Shown: positions 36,747-47,412, numbered from the stretch's first letter. The stretch is DNA of 64,000 nt from Patescibacteria group bacterium (GCA_038065035.1 JBBTRV010000007.1:2382-66381); one strand, 5' to 3'. Made by a program: numbers and translations. Notes: generated by a model from the letters alone, not told the origin.

Positions 36747-38475
36747 AATCCCCCAATCTTATAATGCTTCGGAGAAAGACGCTAAAGACATTATTGCGCC
36801 GGCGGCTTTGGAAAATAATCCCGGCTATCTGAAACTTGGCGACAAATTCGTTAAAACAATTTTCATTTTTACTTATCCGCGCTATTTATCAAGCAGCTGG
36901 CTTAATCAGTCGATTAATCTGCCGGAAATGATGGATATCGCGATTTATTTCCATCCCATAGACACGGTTTTAGCTCTTAAAAATTTGAAGAAAAAAACCG
37001 CCAATATTGAAGCTCAACTGATGGACAGGGAAGAAAAAGGATTAATAAGGGATCCCCAGCTTGAAACCGCTTATCAGGATATAGAAATGCTGCGCGACAC
37101 CTTACAGCAGGCGCAAGAGAAAATATTTAATGCCGGCGTGTATATAACTTTCCAGGCAGACTCTCTTGAAGGATTAACTAAATTGGAAGAAAAAATAACT
37201 ACTTTATTTGAAAGCCAGTTGATTTACGTTAAGCCTGCGCTTTTCCAACAGATAGAAGGATTTTCTTCAACTTTGCCTTTGGCTTCGGATAAACTGGGTG
37301 TTTGGACTCCGCTTAACACCGCGCCCGCTTCCTCGCTTTTTCCTTTTTCTTCAATGGACTTGACTTATGACGATGGCATTCTTTACGGCATCAATCGTCA
37401 TAATAACGGCTTGATTATTTTTGACCGGTTTTCTTTGGAGAATGCGAATTTAGTTGTATTTGCCAAAGCCGGCGCCGGCAAAAGTTATTCGGTTAAGTTG
37501 GAAATCATCCGTTCAATGATGATGGGAATAGATGTTTTGATTATTGACCCGGAAAATGAATACCAGAAATTGGCAAACACGGTTGGCGGCAGTTTCTTTA
37601 AAATTTCTTTGACTTCGGAAAACGCAGTTAATCCTTTTGACATTCCAATTATTCCGAAAAATGAAGACGCCGGCGATATTTTTAAATCCCATATTTTAAA
37701 TCTTACCGGACTTTTGAAATTGATGCTTGGTAAAATCACTCCTGAAGAAGACGCGCTTTTGGATAGAGCGATTACGGAAACTTACGCTTCGCGGGGCATC
37801 ACCGCTGATATACGGGATTTTACCAATATTGCTCCGCCTTTGCTTGAAGATTTAGAGCAGGTTCTTGAAAATATGGAAGGCGGCCGGGGATTGGCCGAGC
37901 GGCTGTATAAATTTACCAAAGGCACTTACGCCGGATTTACCAATCGGCCGACCAATATCGATATAAAAAATCGCTTGATTGTTTTTTCAGTTCGTGATTT
38001 GGAAGAAGAGCTGAGGCCGATAGCAATTTATATCGTGCTTAATTTCGTCTGGAATTTGATTCGGGCCGAACTTAAAAAAAGAATTTTAGTGATTGACGAA
38101 GCATGGTGGATGATGAAATATCCGGACAGCGCCAGCTTTTTGTTTAGCTTGGCGAAGCGCTGCCGGAAATATTATCTTGGGCTGACGACCATTACTCAAA
38201 ACGTGGCGGATTTTCTGGAATCGCCTTATGGCCGGCCGATTATTACTAATTCGTCGCTTCAGCTTTTATTGAAACAAGCGCCGGCGGAAATAGAAATTAT
38301 CGCTAAAACTTTCAATCTTTCCGAAGCGGAAAAGCAATTACTATTGGAAGCCAATATCGGTGAAGGATTGTTTTTCGCCGGCTTAAAACACGCGGCAATT
38401 CAGATTATTCCGTCTTATTTTGAAAATCAGATTATTACCACTAATCCGGAGGAGATATTGGAGATGAAAGAGTAA
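36736..38475 (+). CDS. VirB4/TraC-family ATPase
   Basis: AKAGAGKS Walker A, IIDPENEY, VIDEAW Walker B, RKY, TITQ, GEGL. Confidence 0.9.
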   Translation: MEIKIPQSYNASEKDAKDIIAPAALENNPGYLKLGDKFVKTIFIFTYPRYLSSSWLNQSINLPEMMDIAIYFHPIDTVLALKNLKKKTANIEAQLMDREEKGLIRDPQLETAYQDIEMLRDTLQQAQEKIFNAGVYITFQADSLEGLTKLEEKITTLFESQLIYVKPALFQQIEGFSSTLPLASDKLGVWTPLNTAPASSLFPFSSMDLTYDDGILYGINRHNNGLIIFDRFSLENANLVVFAKAGAGKSYSVKLEIIRSMMMGIDVLIIDPENEYQKLANTVGGSFFKISLTSENAVNPFDIPIIPKNEDAGDIFKSHILNLTGLLKLMLGKITPEEDALLDRAITETYASRGITADIRDFTNIAPPLLEDLEQVLENMEGGRGLAERLYKFTKGTYAGFTNRPTNIDIKNRLIVFSVRDLEEELRPIAIYIVLNFVWNLIRAELKKRILVIDEAWWMMKYPDSASFLFSLAKRCRKYYLGLTTITQNVADFLESPYGRPIITNSSLQLLLKQAPAEIEIIAKTFNLSEAEKQLLLEANIGEGLFFAGLKHAAIQIIPSYFENQIITTNPEEILEMKE

Positions 38476-38483
38476 AAATATTT

Positions 38484-38813
38484 ATGGAGAAAAAAATTTC
38501 ATTGCCGGAGATAATTTTAATCAATTTATATATTATTCCGTTAGATGCAATTGGTTTATTGCTAGTTTTTTTCGGATTGGACGATTTTTGGATTATAGAT
38601 ATTTTAACCTTTCCAATAACCCAATTTTATTTTAGAATGATAGGAGCGAAAGCTAACGCCGATTTAATCACTAGTCTGGTGGAATTAATTCCTTATGTTG
38701 GCGCTTTGCCGATTAAAAGCATTGGTGTTAATTTGACTATTTATTTTACTAATCACCCGCCAAAAATAATGGAAAATTTGCCGATTTCAAAAATGGCTGG
38801 AGTAAAAAAATAA
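38484..38813 (+). CDS. Small membrane protein
   Basis: Hydrophobic; ELIPYVGALP motif. Confidence 0.7.
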   Translation: MEKKISLPEIILINLYIIPLDAIGLLLVFFGLDDFWIIDILTFPITQFYFRMIGAKANADLITSLVELIPYVGALPIKSIGVNLTIYFTNHPPKIMENLPISKMAGVKK

Positions 38814-38823
38814 AATAACAAAA

Positions 38824-39546
38824 ATGACGAATTTCAAAATTCAAATAGGATTTATAAGTCTAATAAGTTTAATAGGATTTGTAGGACAAATAGGATATGC
38901 CCAAATTTCGCCTCAATTTATGGTTAGTTGGCAGGCGGATTCAACAGCGCCGGCATGGTATTCGGGAAAAATTTTTCCGACTAAAGATTCGCCGGTTGAA
39001 ATAAGTTTTGAATTGATTGACAGCAGTTCGGCTTCGCTCACTGCAGGCGGCAAAATTGTCGACCTTTCAAAAACCACTATCCGCTGGTATATTAACGATA
39101 AATTAGTTAAAAATGAAAGCGACGGTTTGGGAATCAAGTATTTAAAATTTATCACAGCTGATTATCCGGGACAAGACACGGAAATCAGAATCTCCATTCC
39201 GAATTATAAAAATTTCGGGCCATTGGATAAAATCATCGCAATTCCCATTGTTAAGCCGCAAACGATTATTATCGCTCCTTATTCCGATAGAAAAATAACC
39301 GCTGGCAAAAGCGTGTTTGAAGCGATTCCGTTTTTTTTCAGCGCGAAAGATTTAAGCAATATTACTTATAAGTGGTTTGTTGATAATCGGGTGGTTTCTG
39401 ACATTGGCGATAATCAGAGGATTCTTGATTTTAATATCCCGCAAGAAGTGCCCAAAGGAACAGTTGTTAATATTAAAGCGACAATAAAGAATTTATTAAA
39501 AGATTTGGAATTTTCCAGTGGGAACTTAAATGTGGAAATAAAATAA
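38824..39546 (+). CDS. Secreted beta-rich (Ig-like) protein
   Basis: Signal peptide; W.A....P..Y.GK..P; IRWYIN and YKWFVD. Confidence 0.7.
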   Translation: MTNFKIQIGFISLISLIGFVGQIGYAQISPQFMVSWQADSTAPAWYSGKIFPTKDSPVEISFELIDSSSASLTAGGKIVDLSKTTIRWYINDKLVKNESDGLGIKYLKFITADYPGQDTEIRISIPNYKNFGPLDKIIAIPIVKPQTIIIAPYSDRKITAGKSVFEAIPFFFSAKDLSNITYKWFVDNRVVSDIGDNQRILDFNIPQEVPKGTVVNIKATIKNLLKDLEFSSGNLNVEIK

Positions 39547-39548
39547 TT

Positions 39549-40238
39549 ATGTTCGCAAAAATTTTTATTTTTTTGATATTTATTTTTGTTTTAATGTCAG
39601 GCGGTTTTATAAGTCATGGTGCGCAATTTGATTATCCGTGGTCGGGAATAACGGAAGTCGGCGGCCAAAGCGGATTAGTAGCTGAATTTTACCAAATCGC
39701 TTTGGCTTTGGTTAGCGTAACCGCTTTTGCAGTGATGGTTTTCGCCGGAGTGCTTTATATTGTTAGCGCCAGTAATCCATCAAAACAAAAAGAAGCCATG
39801 GATTGGATTTGGGCCGCTGTTTTTGGCATTGTGCTTTTATTGGGAGCGTATTTGTTGTTTTACACAATAAATCCGGAATTAGTGAAATTAACGCTGCCGG
39901 GGGTAGATAAAATCGATCTTCCTCTACCTTCAATCTTAAGTCCGTCTTCAAGCCCTGTTTTAGCTCAAGCACCGTTAAATCCGGCAGCAACTAATATGAT
40001 TTCTTTGCAACCTCCATCAGCTGCTGAAGTAGCTGCTTGCCAAAGAGATGCGTCAACAATTCAAGACGCCAGCGGGAAGAAAGCTTATTGTGATGGAAAT
40101 AAACAAAATAAATATGAATGGATTAGCGGGAAATGTGATAGCATAGCTACGACAAGAGATGCTCAAAATTATTGCAAACAAAAAGGAAAAACCGACGCAG
40201 TTTTCGCTAAAGATTGGGGAGTTTGTTGTAAACCATAA
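39549..40238 (+). CDS. Pilin (TrbC/VirB2-like) with a Cys-rich C-terminal extension
   Basis: AF..MVFAGVLYIVSA.NPSK..EA...I..AV.G..LLL..Y....TINP motif. Confidence 0.8.
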   Translation: MFAKIFIFLIFIFVLMSGGFISHGAQFDYPWSGITEVGGQSGLVAEFYQIALALVSVTAFAVMVFAGVLYIVSASNPSKQKEAMDWIWAAVFGIVLLLGAYLLFYTINPELVKLTLPGVDKIDLPLPSILSPSSSPVLAQAPLNPAATNMISLQPPSAAEVAACQRDASTIQDASGKKAYCDGNKQNKYEWISGKCDSIATTRDAQNYCKQKGKTDAVFAKDWGVCCKP

Positions 40239-40257
40239 CTCAAACCATTTTACTTAA

Positions 40258-41403
40258 ATGAAAAAAGCAATTTCAATATTAATTATAATTTTATTTATTG
40301 TTGCCATTGGCGTTGGCGTTTATTTCGGCTGGCAGAAATCAAGGGAAATTTTAACGCCGCCGTCAGATATTAACCCGCAACCCATAATTGATAATCAACA
40401 ACAGCCGCCTTTAACGGCTCCGAAGCCGAAATTAAAAATTATCAGCGTTCAATCAGCTTTTGATTATTGGACGGCTGTTTCCGGAGATGTTTTTTATATT
40501 AATCAAGAAGGCAAAATTTTTAAAGCGAAGTCCGGTAGTGAGCTTGGCTCTACTACTCGGGTGAATGAAAAAGAAGATGAGCTGATTAGCAATAGAGAAA
40601 TTAATAATCTTACCAGTATAAAATCGAATAAAGACGGAACAATGGTAATGGTTAAATACGGCGATTTGAGTTTTCCAAAGCTGGAAATTTTTGACGTTAA
40701 TAAAAAAGTTTGGCAGTTGATCGGAGATAATATAAGCGTTGCTGATTTTTCTCCGGACAGCTTAAAAATAATTTACGTTGAAAAAAAGGGCAATGGAACA
40801 AGCGATTTAATTACCAAAGATTTAAATTCCGCTAAACCAAAGACTATTAAAATTATGTCTTTATCTTATTTGCCATATGACTTGGCGTGGATTGGCGCGA
40901 ATAATATTTTGCTGATTCCGGCGCCTTCCGCCGGCTACGCCGGAGAAATTTGGCAAATTGACATAAAAAATAAAACAATCAAATCTTTCGCAAGCGATTT
41001 CGGCTTATCAATAAAATTGTTTTCCGGGAGCGATAATGGCTTGCTGTTTGATAGCACTAAGAATCAAATGAGTTTAGTTGACGCTAATGGCGCGATAAAA
41101 GCAAATATAGGAATTTCAACTCTGCCGGAAAAATGTTTTATGAATGCGTCTAAAATTTATTGCGCTATTATGCAAAATTATTCAAATACTCTGCCGAAGC
41201 CAATTCTTCCCGATGATTATTTGAAAAAAGCGTTTTATTCGCGGGATAAAATTTACGCTATTGACATAGCCGATAATTCTTCCGAGCTTGTTTTAAGCGA
41301 TGAATTGCCGCCGGCTATTGACGCTGTTAATTTATCTTTAAATGGAAATAATTTGTTTTTCATTAATCGTTATGATAATAGGGTTTACAATTTAGAATTA
41401 TAG
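40258..41403 (+). CDS. Membrane-anchored beta-propeller-like protein
   Basis: TM helix, FSPDS, TLPEKC...IYCA, LPDDY, LFFIN..D. Confidence 0.7.
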   Translation: MKKAISILIIILFIVAIGVGVYFGWQKSREILTPPSDINPQPIIDNQQQPPLTAPKPKLKIISVQSAFDYWTAVSGDVFYINQEGKIFKAKSGSELGSTTRVNEKEDELISNREINNLTSIKSNKDGTMVMVKYGDLSFPKLEIFDVNKKVWQLIGDNISVADFSPDSLKIIYVEKKGNGTSDLITKDLNSAKPKTIKIMSLSYLPYDLAWIGANNILLIPAPSAGYAGEIWQIDIKNKTIKSFASDFGLSIKLFSGSDNGLLFDSTKNQMSLVDANGAIKANIGISTLPEKCFMNASKIYCAIMQNYSNTLPKPILPDDYLKKAFYSRDKIYAIDIADNSSELVLSDELPPAIDAVNLSLNGNNLFFINRYDNRVYNLEL

Positions 41404-41404
41404 A

Positions 41405-42742
41405 ATGTCCTTCTTTAAGCGAATTTTTTTATATTTAAAAATGCCGGAAATGCGGCTTTTTTGGTATTTTGTTTTATTTTTCGCGATTTTTTGGGCAGTT
41501 AATTTTCTCGTTAATTTTGAAATTATTTATTTATCAATGCCGCTGATTTTTATTAATAGCGGACTACTGATGTTTTTTTTAATTTTTGCTTTTTCTCATA
41601 GCATAAAATTAGCCGGGAAAAATCTTGAAATAAAAACCGACAAAGCTGCTTTCGTGAATATTCTTTCCGTTTTGCCGAGTGGCATCGTCGTCTACGATAG
41701 AAATCTAAAAATTTTGCTTTTTAACAAGACGGCGGAGAGTATTTTTGGCATCAGCGTTGATGATGTTGTGGGACAGCGTTTTAGTCCTGACAGAGTTAGC
41801 CAATCGCGCTACCAGCTTTTAAGTCAGGTTCTTTTTCCGTCGTTAGCTCCGACGGTTGTTAAATATTCAGACGCTGGAGGGTACCCTCAAACAATGGATT
41901 TATCTTTTGAAAATCCGAATATCGAATTAAGAATTATCACCGATAAATTTATTGACGCGAACGGTGATGCGGTTGGATTCATTAAAATAATCAGCGACAG
42001 GACGCGCGAAAAAGAAATGCTGCGTTCAAAAAGCGAATTTATTTCAGTTGCCGCCCACCAATTAAGAACGCCGTTGTCAGGGCTTAACTGGGCGATGGAG
42101 AGTTTGGCAAAAGAAGCGATAAGTGAAGCGCAAAAAGAAATTATTGATACTGCGCTTAAGGCCACGGCTTATCTTTTGAAGATAGTCAACGACTTGCTTG
42201 ACGTTTCAAAAATAGAAGAAGGCCGTTTCGGCTATAATTTTGAGGAAGTGAATATGGCTGATTTTATAGAAACAGTTATAGGAGAAACAAAAGAATTAAG
42301 CGAAGAATCGGGCATTAAAATTAATTTTCAGAAACCGGAATCGGATATTAAGGCGACTATTGACCCACAGAAATTAGGCATGGTTTTGTTTAATCTTTTA
42401 GATAATGCTGTTAGATATAATGTTAAAAACGGGGAGGTCTTCGTTGATTTAGATAAATTAAAAGATAAACCATATATCAGGATTAGCGTTAAAGATACTG
42501 GCATTGGGATCGCTGAACAGGAAAAAGAGAAATTATTTACTAAATTTTTCAGGGCGGATAATGCCATTAAAGCCGCTCCAAATGGTAGTGGATTAGGGCT
42601 TTACATAGTGAAAAATATCATTAAAAGGCACGGTGGAGAAGCTTGGTTTGAATCGGAAATAAATCGCGGCTCAACTTTTTATTTTACTTTACCGATTGAT
42701 TCAAAATTGATACCAGTAAAAGAAATAGCATATGACGAATAA
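41405..42742 (+). CDS. PAS-domain sensor histidine kinase
   Basis: Two TM helices, PAS, AAHQLRTPL H-box, NLLDNA, DTGIGI, GSGLGL. Confidence 0.93.
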   Translation: MSFFKRIFLYLKMPEMRLFWYFVLFFAIFWAVNFLVNFEIIYLSMPLIFINSGLLMFFLIFAFSHSIKLAGKNLEIKTDKAAFVNILSVLPSGIVVYDRNLKILLFNKTAESIFGISVDDVVGQRFSPDRVSQSRYQLLSQVLFPSLAPTVVKYSDAGGYPQTMDLSFENPNIELRIITDKFIDANGDAVGFIKIISDRTREKEMLRSKSEFISVAAHQLRTPLSGLNWAMESLAKEAISEAQKEIIDTALKATAYLLKIVNDLLDVSKIEEGRFGYNFEEVNMADFIETVIGETKELSEESGIKINFQKPESDIKATIDPQKLGMVLFNLLDNAVRYNVKNGEVFVDLDKLKDKPYIRISVKDTGIGIAEQEKEKLFTKFFRADNAIKAAPNGSGLGLYIVKNIIKRHGGEAWFESEINRGSTFYFTLPIDSKLIPVKEIAYDE

Positions 42743-42829
42743 TTTACGAAATACGAATATGTACAAATATACGAATAAAAATTAGTATATTCGTAATTGA
42801 TTAGTATTTCGTGAATAAGCGAAGCGAAT

Positions 42830-43771
42830 ATGCCAGAGCTTCCTGAAGTTCAAACAATAGTAGAAGATTTAAAGAAAAAGGTTGTTGGCAGAATAATTAC
42901 CGGCGTTTGGTTTGACGCTCCGAAGATAATCACCCTTCGACTGGCTCAGGGTGATGGTGAGCGAAGTCGAACCATCAAAAAACCAAAAGCCACAGAATTC
43001 CAAAAACAAATTAAAGGATTAAAAATTACAGATATTCAGAGGCGCGGGAAAAATATACTTATTTATCTTGTTAAAAGCTATAAACTAAAAGCTAAAAGCT
43101 GTTATTTATTGCTTATTCATCAGAAGATGACCGGGCATCTGTTAGTTGGCAAATGGCAAATGGTAAATGGTAAAGTGGAAAGTTTGATTAAAGGGTTGTT
43201 GCGGGAAAAAGTTAATAACTATATCCATTTAATTTTTTATCTTGATAATGGCTGGCAATTAGCGCTTTCTGATTTAAGGAAATTCGCCAAAGTTTTGTTT
43301 GGTTTAAAAGAAGAAATTGAAAATTTGCCAGATTTAAAGATGCTTGGACCTGAGCCGCTCGATGAAAGTTTTAAGATTGATAAGTTTATAAGTTTAATAA
43401 GTTTGGAGAAAAGAAAAATCAAGCAGGTTTTAATGGACCAAGAGGTGATTTCCGGTATTGGCAATATTTACAGCGATGAGATTTTATGGCAAGCGAAAAT
43501 CCATCCTTTTACTCCAGCCAATAGATTGAAAACAGGGCAGTTAAAAACCATATATTCGTCTATGCGCCAAATATTAAAAAAAGCCATAAAATTGCGCGGC
43601 ACTTCTATTAGCGATTTTCGGGACACTTCCGGCAAATCCGGCGCTTATGCCGATATTAGAAAAGTATATGCTAAAGAAGGGGAAAAGTGTCAACGTTGTC
43701 AAACCTTAATTAAAAGAATTAAAATAGGAGGAAGAAGCGCACATTTTTGCCCTAAATGCCAAATAATATGA
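42830..43771 (+). CDS. mutM: Formamidopyrimidine-DNA glycosylase
   Basis: MPELPEV, RRGK, H.KMTG, GIGNIY.DE, C-terminal zinc finger. Confidence 0.96.
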   Translation: MPELPEVQTIVEDLKKKVVGRIITGVWFDAPKIITLRLAQGDGERSRTIKKPKATEFQKQIKGLKITDIQRRGKNILIYLVKSYKLKAKSCYLLLIHQKMTGHLLVGKWQMVNGKVESLIKGLLREKVNNYIHLIFYLDNGWQLALSDLRKFAKVLFGLKEEIENLPDLKMLGPEPLDESFKIDKFISLISLEKRKIKQVLMDQEVISGIGNIYSDEILWQAKIHPFTPANRLKTGQLKTIYSSMRQILKKAIKLRGTSISDFRDTSGKSGAYADIRKVYAKEGEKCQRCQTLIKRIKIGGRSAHFCPKCQII

Positions 43772-45402
43772 TTAAAAACAGGAAATATATTTTTGTTGTT
43801 GGCGGCGTAATGTCCGGCGTTGGCAAAGGCGTTGCCGCGGCTTCAATCGGCAAGATTTTGCAAGCGCGCGGTTTTGAAGTGACTGCCATAAAAATCGACC
43901 CTTATGTCAATGTTGACGCCGGCACGATGAATCCGACTGAACACGGCGAAGTTTTTGTGCTTAATGACGGAATGGAATGCGACCAGGATATGGGAAATTA
44001 CGAGAGGTTTTTGGGTAGGGATTTGACAAAAGACAGTTATATGACAACCGGCAGTATTTATCTTTCAGTAATCAATAAAGAGAGAAATTTAGAATATGGC
44101 GGTTCTTGCGTGGAAGTAGTGCCGCACATCCCATTGGAGGTGATAAACAGGATTGATAAGGCGGTTTTAAAGAATAAAGCGGAAATTGTTATTACTGAAA
44201 TTGGCGGAACAGTAGGCGAGTATCAGAATATTTTGTTTTTGGAAACAATAAGGATATTGAAGCTTAAAAAACCAAAAGATGTTTTGCTGGTTTTGGTAAG
44301 TCATTTGCCGTCATTGTCTGATAATAGCGAATTAAAGACAAAGCCAACTCAATATGCTGTAAGAACATTGAACTCAGCCGGACTTCAGCCGGATATTGTT
44401 CTTGCGAGGGCAAAATTTCCATTAGATAAAAAAAGGAAAAATAAGATAGCGGTAAATTGCAATATTTATGAAAACGATGTTATTTCCGCTCCGGATGTGA
44501 AAAATATTTATGAAGTGCCGCTTAATTTTGAGAGAGATAATCTTTCCGGCAATATTCTAAAGAAACTGAATCTTCGGCCAAGAAGCAGGGACTTGAAAGA
44601 TTGGAGAAGATTAATTAAAAACGCCGCTTCCGCCAGAAAAACAGTAAAAATCGGAATTGTCGGAAAATATTTCGGTTCGGGAAATTTTGTTCTGGAAGAT
44701 TCTTATATTTCAGTTATTGAAGCCGTTAAACACGCCGCTTGTTTTTTTAAAGCTCAACCACTCATCCAATGGATAGATGCTGAAGATTTTGAAAAAAATA
44801 AAAACAATCTTAAGAAATTAAAAGGGTTTAACGGCATCATTGTGCCGGGCGGATTTGGCAGCCGGGGGGTTGAGGGCAAGATAGCGGCGATTAAATATTG
44901 CCGGGAGAATAAAATTCCGTTTTTCGGTCTTTGCTACGGCATGCAATTGGCAGTGGTGGAATTTGCCCGTTCAGTTGTTGGTTTAAAAAAAGCTAATACT
45001 ACAGAGATTGACCATAAAACTCCTTATCCAGTAATAGATATTTTGCCGGAACAAAAAGAAAATCTGGAAAAGAAATATTATGGAGCTACAATGAGGTTGG
45101 GCGCCTGTGAAGCGCATTTAAAAAGTGGAACAATAGCCGGCAATGCATACAAAAATTCTTTTATTTCCGAGCGTCATCGCCATCGCTATGAAGTAAATCC
45201 GGATTATATTGAAGAGATTGAAAAGAAGGGATTGATTTTTTCTGGTTTTTCTTCTGATCGCCGGCTGATGGAAATTGCGGAGCTTCCGAAAAATAAGCAT
45301 CCATTTTTTGTCGGCGTCCAATTTCATCCGGAGTTTAAATCATGGCCGCTCAAACCCCATCCGTTATTTAAAGAATTTATGAAAGCGGCAATCAAAAAAT
45401 GA
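43768..45402 (+). CDS. pyrG: CTP synthase
   Basis: GGVMSGVGKG, KIDPYVNVDAGTMNP, GLCYGMQ, ERHRHRYE, QFHPEF. Confidence 0.97.
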   Translation: MIKNRKYIFVVGGVMSGVGKGVAAASIGKILQARGFEVTAIKIDPYVNVDAGTMNPTEHGEVFVLNDGMECDQDMGNYERFLGRDLTKDSYMTTGSIYLSVINKERNLEYGGSCVEVVPHIPLEVINRIDKAVLKNKAEIVITEIGGTVGEYQNILFLETIRILKLKKPKDVLLVLVSHLPSLSDNSELKTKPTQYAVRTLNSAGLQPDIVLARAKFPLDKKRKNKIAVNCNIYENDVISAPDVKNIYEVPLNFERDNLSGNILKKLNLRPRSRDLKDWRRLIKNAASARKTVKIGIVGKYFGSGNFVLEDSYISVIEAVKHAACFFKAQPLIQWIDAEDFEKNKNNLKKLKGFNGIIVPGGFGSRGVEGKIAAIKYCRENKIPFFGLCYGMQLAVVEFARSVVGLKKANTTEIDHKTPYPVIDILPEQKENLEKKYYGATMRLGACEAHLKSGTIAGNAYKNSFISERHRHRYEVNPDYIEEIEKKGLIFSGFSSDRRLMEIAELPKNKHPFFVGVQFHPEFKSWPLKPHPLFKEFMKAAIKK

Positions 45403-46211
45403 TAATCTTTTTATACGGTTCTGATTTTTACCGCAGACGGCAGAAATTAAATGAAATAATTGAGGAATATCGCCAAAGAGGCGCTGATAACCGGCGTTTT
45501 GATTTTGGCAATTCGGAAAGCGAAGAAGAGTTTATGCGGTTTAAAGAATTTATTTCCAATAGTTCGATTTTCAATAATAAAAAAACAGCTATTACAGAAA
45601 ATATTTTTTCTTTTGAAAATTCTAAATTATTGGCTAAAATTTTTAAGGATAATCCGGAAAGCAATGATTTGGTTTTGATTGTTTCTGAAGAAAAAAAACC
45701 GGCGAAAGATTTCAGTTTTTTGCTTAAAAAACCGGTTTTATTTCAGGAGTTTAAAATTTTAGAAAACGCTCAATTTGAATTTTTTATTAAAAAAGAAGCG
45801 GAAAAGAGAAAATTAAATTTGTCGGCGCGAATAATTGGCTTTCTGGCGGAAGTTTTCAAAGGCGATTCTTGGGCGATAATTAATGAATTGGAAAAATTAA
45901 GCTTGTTGAATCCAAAATATTACGCTGATGCTGATAAATTAAGAGAGATTATTGATTATGGACAGCCGCTTGCCCAACAGAAATTCTTTTTTGCTGTTAA
46001 TGGCATATTAAGAAATTCTTCTATAAGTCAAAAATTAATCAATCTTGAAACTTTGTTGTCTTATCAGGAAGAGCCGGCGAAAATTTTTAATTTTTTGGCA
46101 AGTTTTGCTAATACTCTGCCAGCAATTAAGAAGATGGCTGATTACGATGTAGCAATTAAATCAGGAAAAATGGATTACGAGGAAGCATTAGTGGACTTGG
46201 TTTTGGGTTGA
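45399..46211 (+). CDS. holA: DNA polymerase III delta subunit (compact)
   Basis: MIIFLYGSD, SSIF..KK, NELEKL, D..IKSG. Confidence 0.78.
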   Translation: MIIFLYGSDFYRRRQKLNEIIEEYRQRGADNRRFDFGNSESEEEFMRFKEFISNSSIFNNKKTAITENIFSFENSKLLAKIFKDNPESNDLVLIVSEEKKPAKDFSFLLKKPVLFQEFKILENAQFEFFIKKEAEKRKLNLSARIIGFLAEVFKGDSWAIINELEKLSLLNPKYYADADKLREIIDYGQPLAQQKFFFAVNGILRNSSISQKLINLETLLSYQEEPAKIFNFLASFANTLPAIKKMADYDVAIKSGKMDYEEALVDLVLG

Positions 46212-46213
46212 AC

Positions 46214-46222
46214 TTATCCACA
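46214..46222 (+). promoter_or_regulatory. Single perfect DnaA box
   Basis: TTATCCACA in the intergenic region. Confidence 0.4.
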
Positions 46223-46265
46223 GACAAAACTATTGTAGGGGGGGCTTTAGTGGTAAAATAAGCTT

Positions 46266-47309
46266 ATGGTTAATCAACAGCTTATAGATTATATTAAAAA
46301 CCAATTAAAACTTGGCAGGAGCGAAGATGTTATTAAAGCGATGCTGAAAAATAATGGCTGGCAGGAAGCGGATATTGAGGAAGCGTTTAAGGAAGTTTTG
46401 GGCCAGAATATTCAACAACCGCAATCATCTTTGTCTGACTCTCGGCCGGTTTATTCTTCAAGTGAATCCTCATTTTCAGGCAATGCTTCGGAAGTTGCTT
46501 TGCCGGGAGGTTTGGATTTATTAAAACAAAGCTGGCGGATTTATAAAAGCCGGTTTTGGACGTTGATTGGAATAATAATAATTCCGAATGTGATTTGGTT
46601 TTTAGGCGCCGGCTTAATTTTATTATTAGGAATTAAATCTGAAGCGGAAATTGAAGGTTTATTAATAATAGTTTTAGCTATTATCGGCATTATAGGATTT
46701 ATTTTATTTATCTTGGCGGGTGCGGCATTATTTTATGCGGTGGCGAATGAAACATTTACTATTAAGAAGGCATTTCGCGAGGTGGGAGAAAAAGGAATTA
46801 AGTCTTTTATTTGGGTTGGTGTGTTAACAATTTTTGTTTTATTAGGTGGATTTGTTTTAGGAATTGTGCCAGGAATAATTTTTTTGATTTGGTTTGCTGT
46901 AGCTCAATTTGTGTTTATTGTTGAAGGCCAAAAAGGATTTAATGCGCTTTTGCGGAGCAAAGAATATGTTTCCGGCAGATGGGGAAAAGTTTTTTGGCGA
47001 ATGGTTGTTTTTGGGATAGTTGCTTTAAGTGTTGGTTTAGTTAGTGGGGGACTTTCATTAGTAATAGATTCCGAAAGAATTTTTAATATTTTCTTGTCTT
47101 TTATTAATGTTTTAGTTGCACCATTTATGGCGGCTTATTTCTTCTCTCTTTATGTCGCACTTCGGCAGACCCAGTCAGAACTTGTTAATCAGCCGGTTAA
47201 AGGTAAAAAAGGATTTTTTGTTTTTTGCGCGATTTTAGGATTATTGGCGCCGTTTATTATGCTTGCAATATTTTTTGGTTTTCGTCGTTTTTTGATTTTC
47301 ATTTTTTGA
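46266..47309 (+). CDS. Polytopic membrane protein with an N-terminal cytoplasmic helical domain
   Basis: QLIDYIK..L..G....I...L...GW...DI; about 7 TM helices; AL.RS..YV.GRW. Confidence 0.75.
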   Translation: MVNQQLIDYIKNQLKLGRSEDVIKAMLKNNGWQEADIEEAFKEVLGQNIQQPQSSLSDSRPVYSSSESSFSGNASEVALPGGLDLLKQSWRIYKSRFWTLIGIIIIPNVIWFLGAGLILLLGIKSEAEIEGLLIIVLAIIGIIGFILFILAGAALFYAVANETFTIKKAFREVGEKGIKSFIWVGVLTIFVLLGGFVLGIVPGIIFLIWFAVAQFVFIVEGQKGFNALLRSKEYVSGRWGKVFWRMVVFGIVALSVGLVSGGLSLVIDSERIFNIFLSFINVLVAPFMAAYFFSLYVALRQTQSELVNQPVKGKKGFFVFCAILGLLAPFIMLAIFFGFRRFLIFIF

Positions 47310-47412
47310 GTCGATATTAATTAATTTGATTAATTAATACAAAAATATTGGAATAATTCTCTAAATTATGCTATACTTAAAAAGTCCAAAAAGGGCTTTT
47401 TTAATTGTAAAA

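Noticed and set aside
21551-42742. Integrative conjugative element formed by the tyrosine recombinase plus the VirB4 cluster
   Set aside because: The recombinase is Xer-like, housekeeping genes (pcrA, rsmA) lie between them, and no relaxase or att repeats were seen
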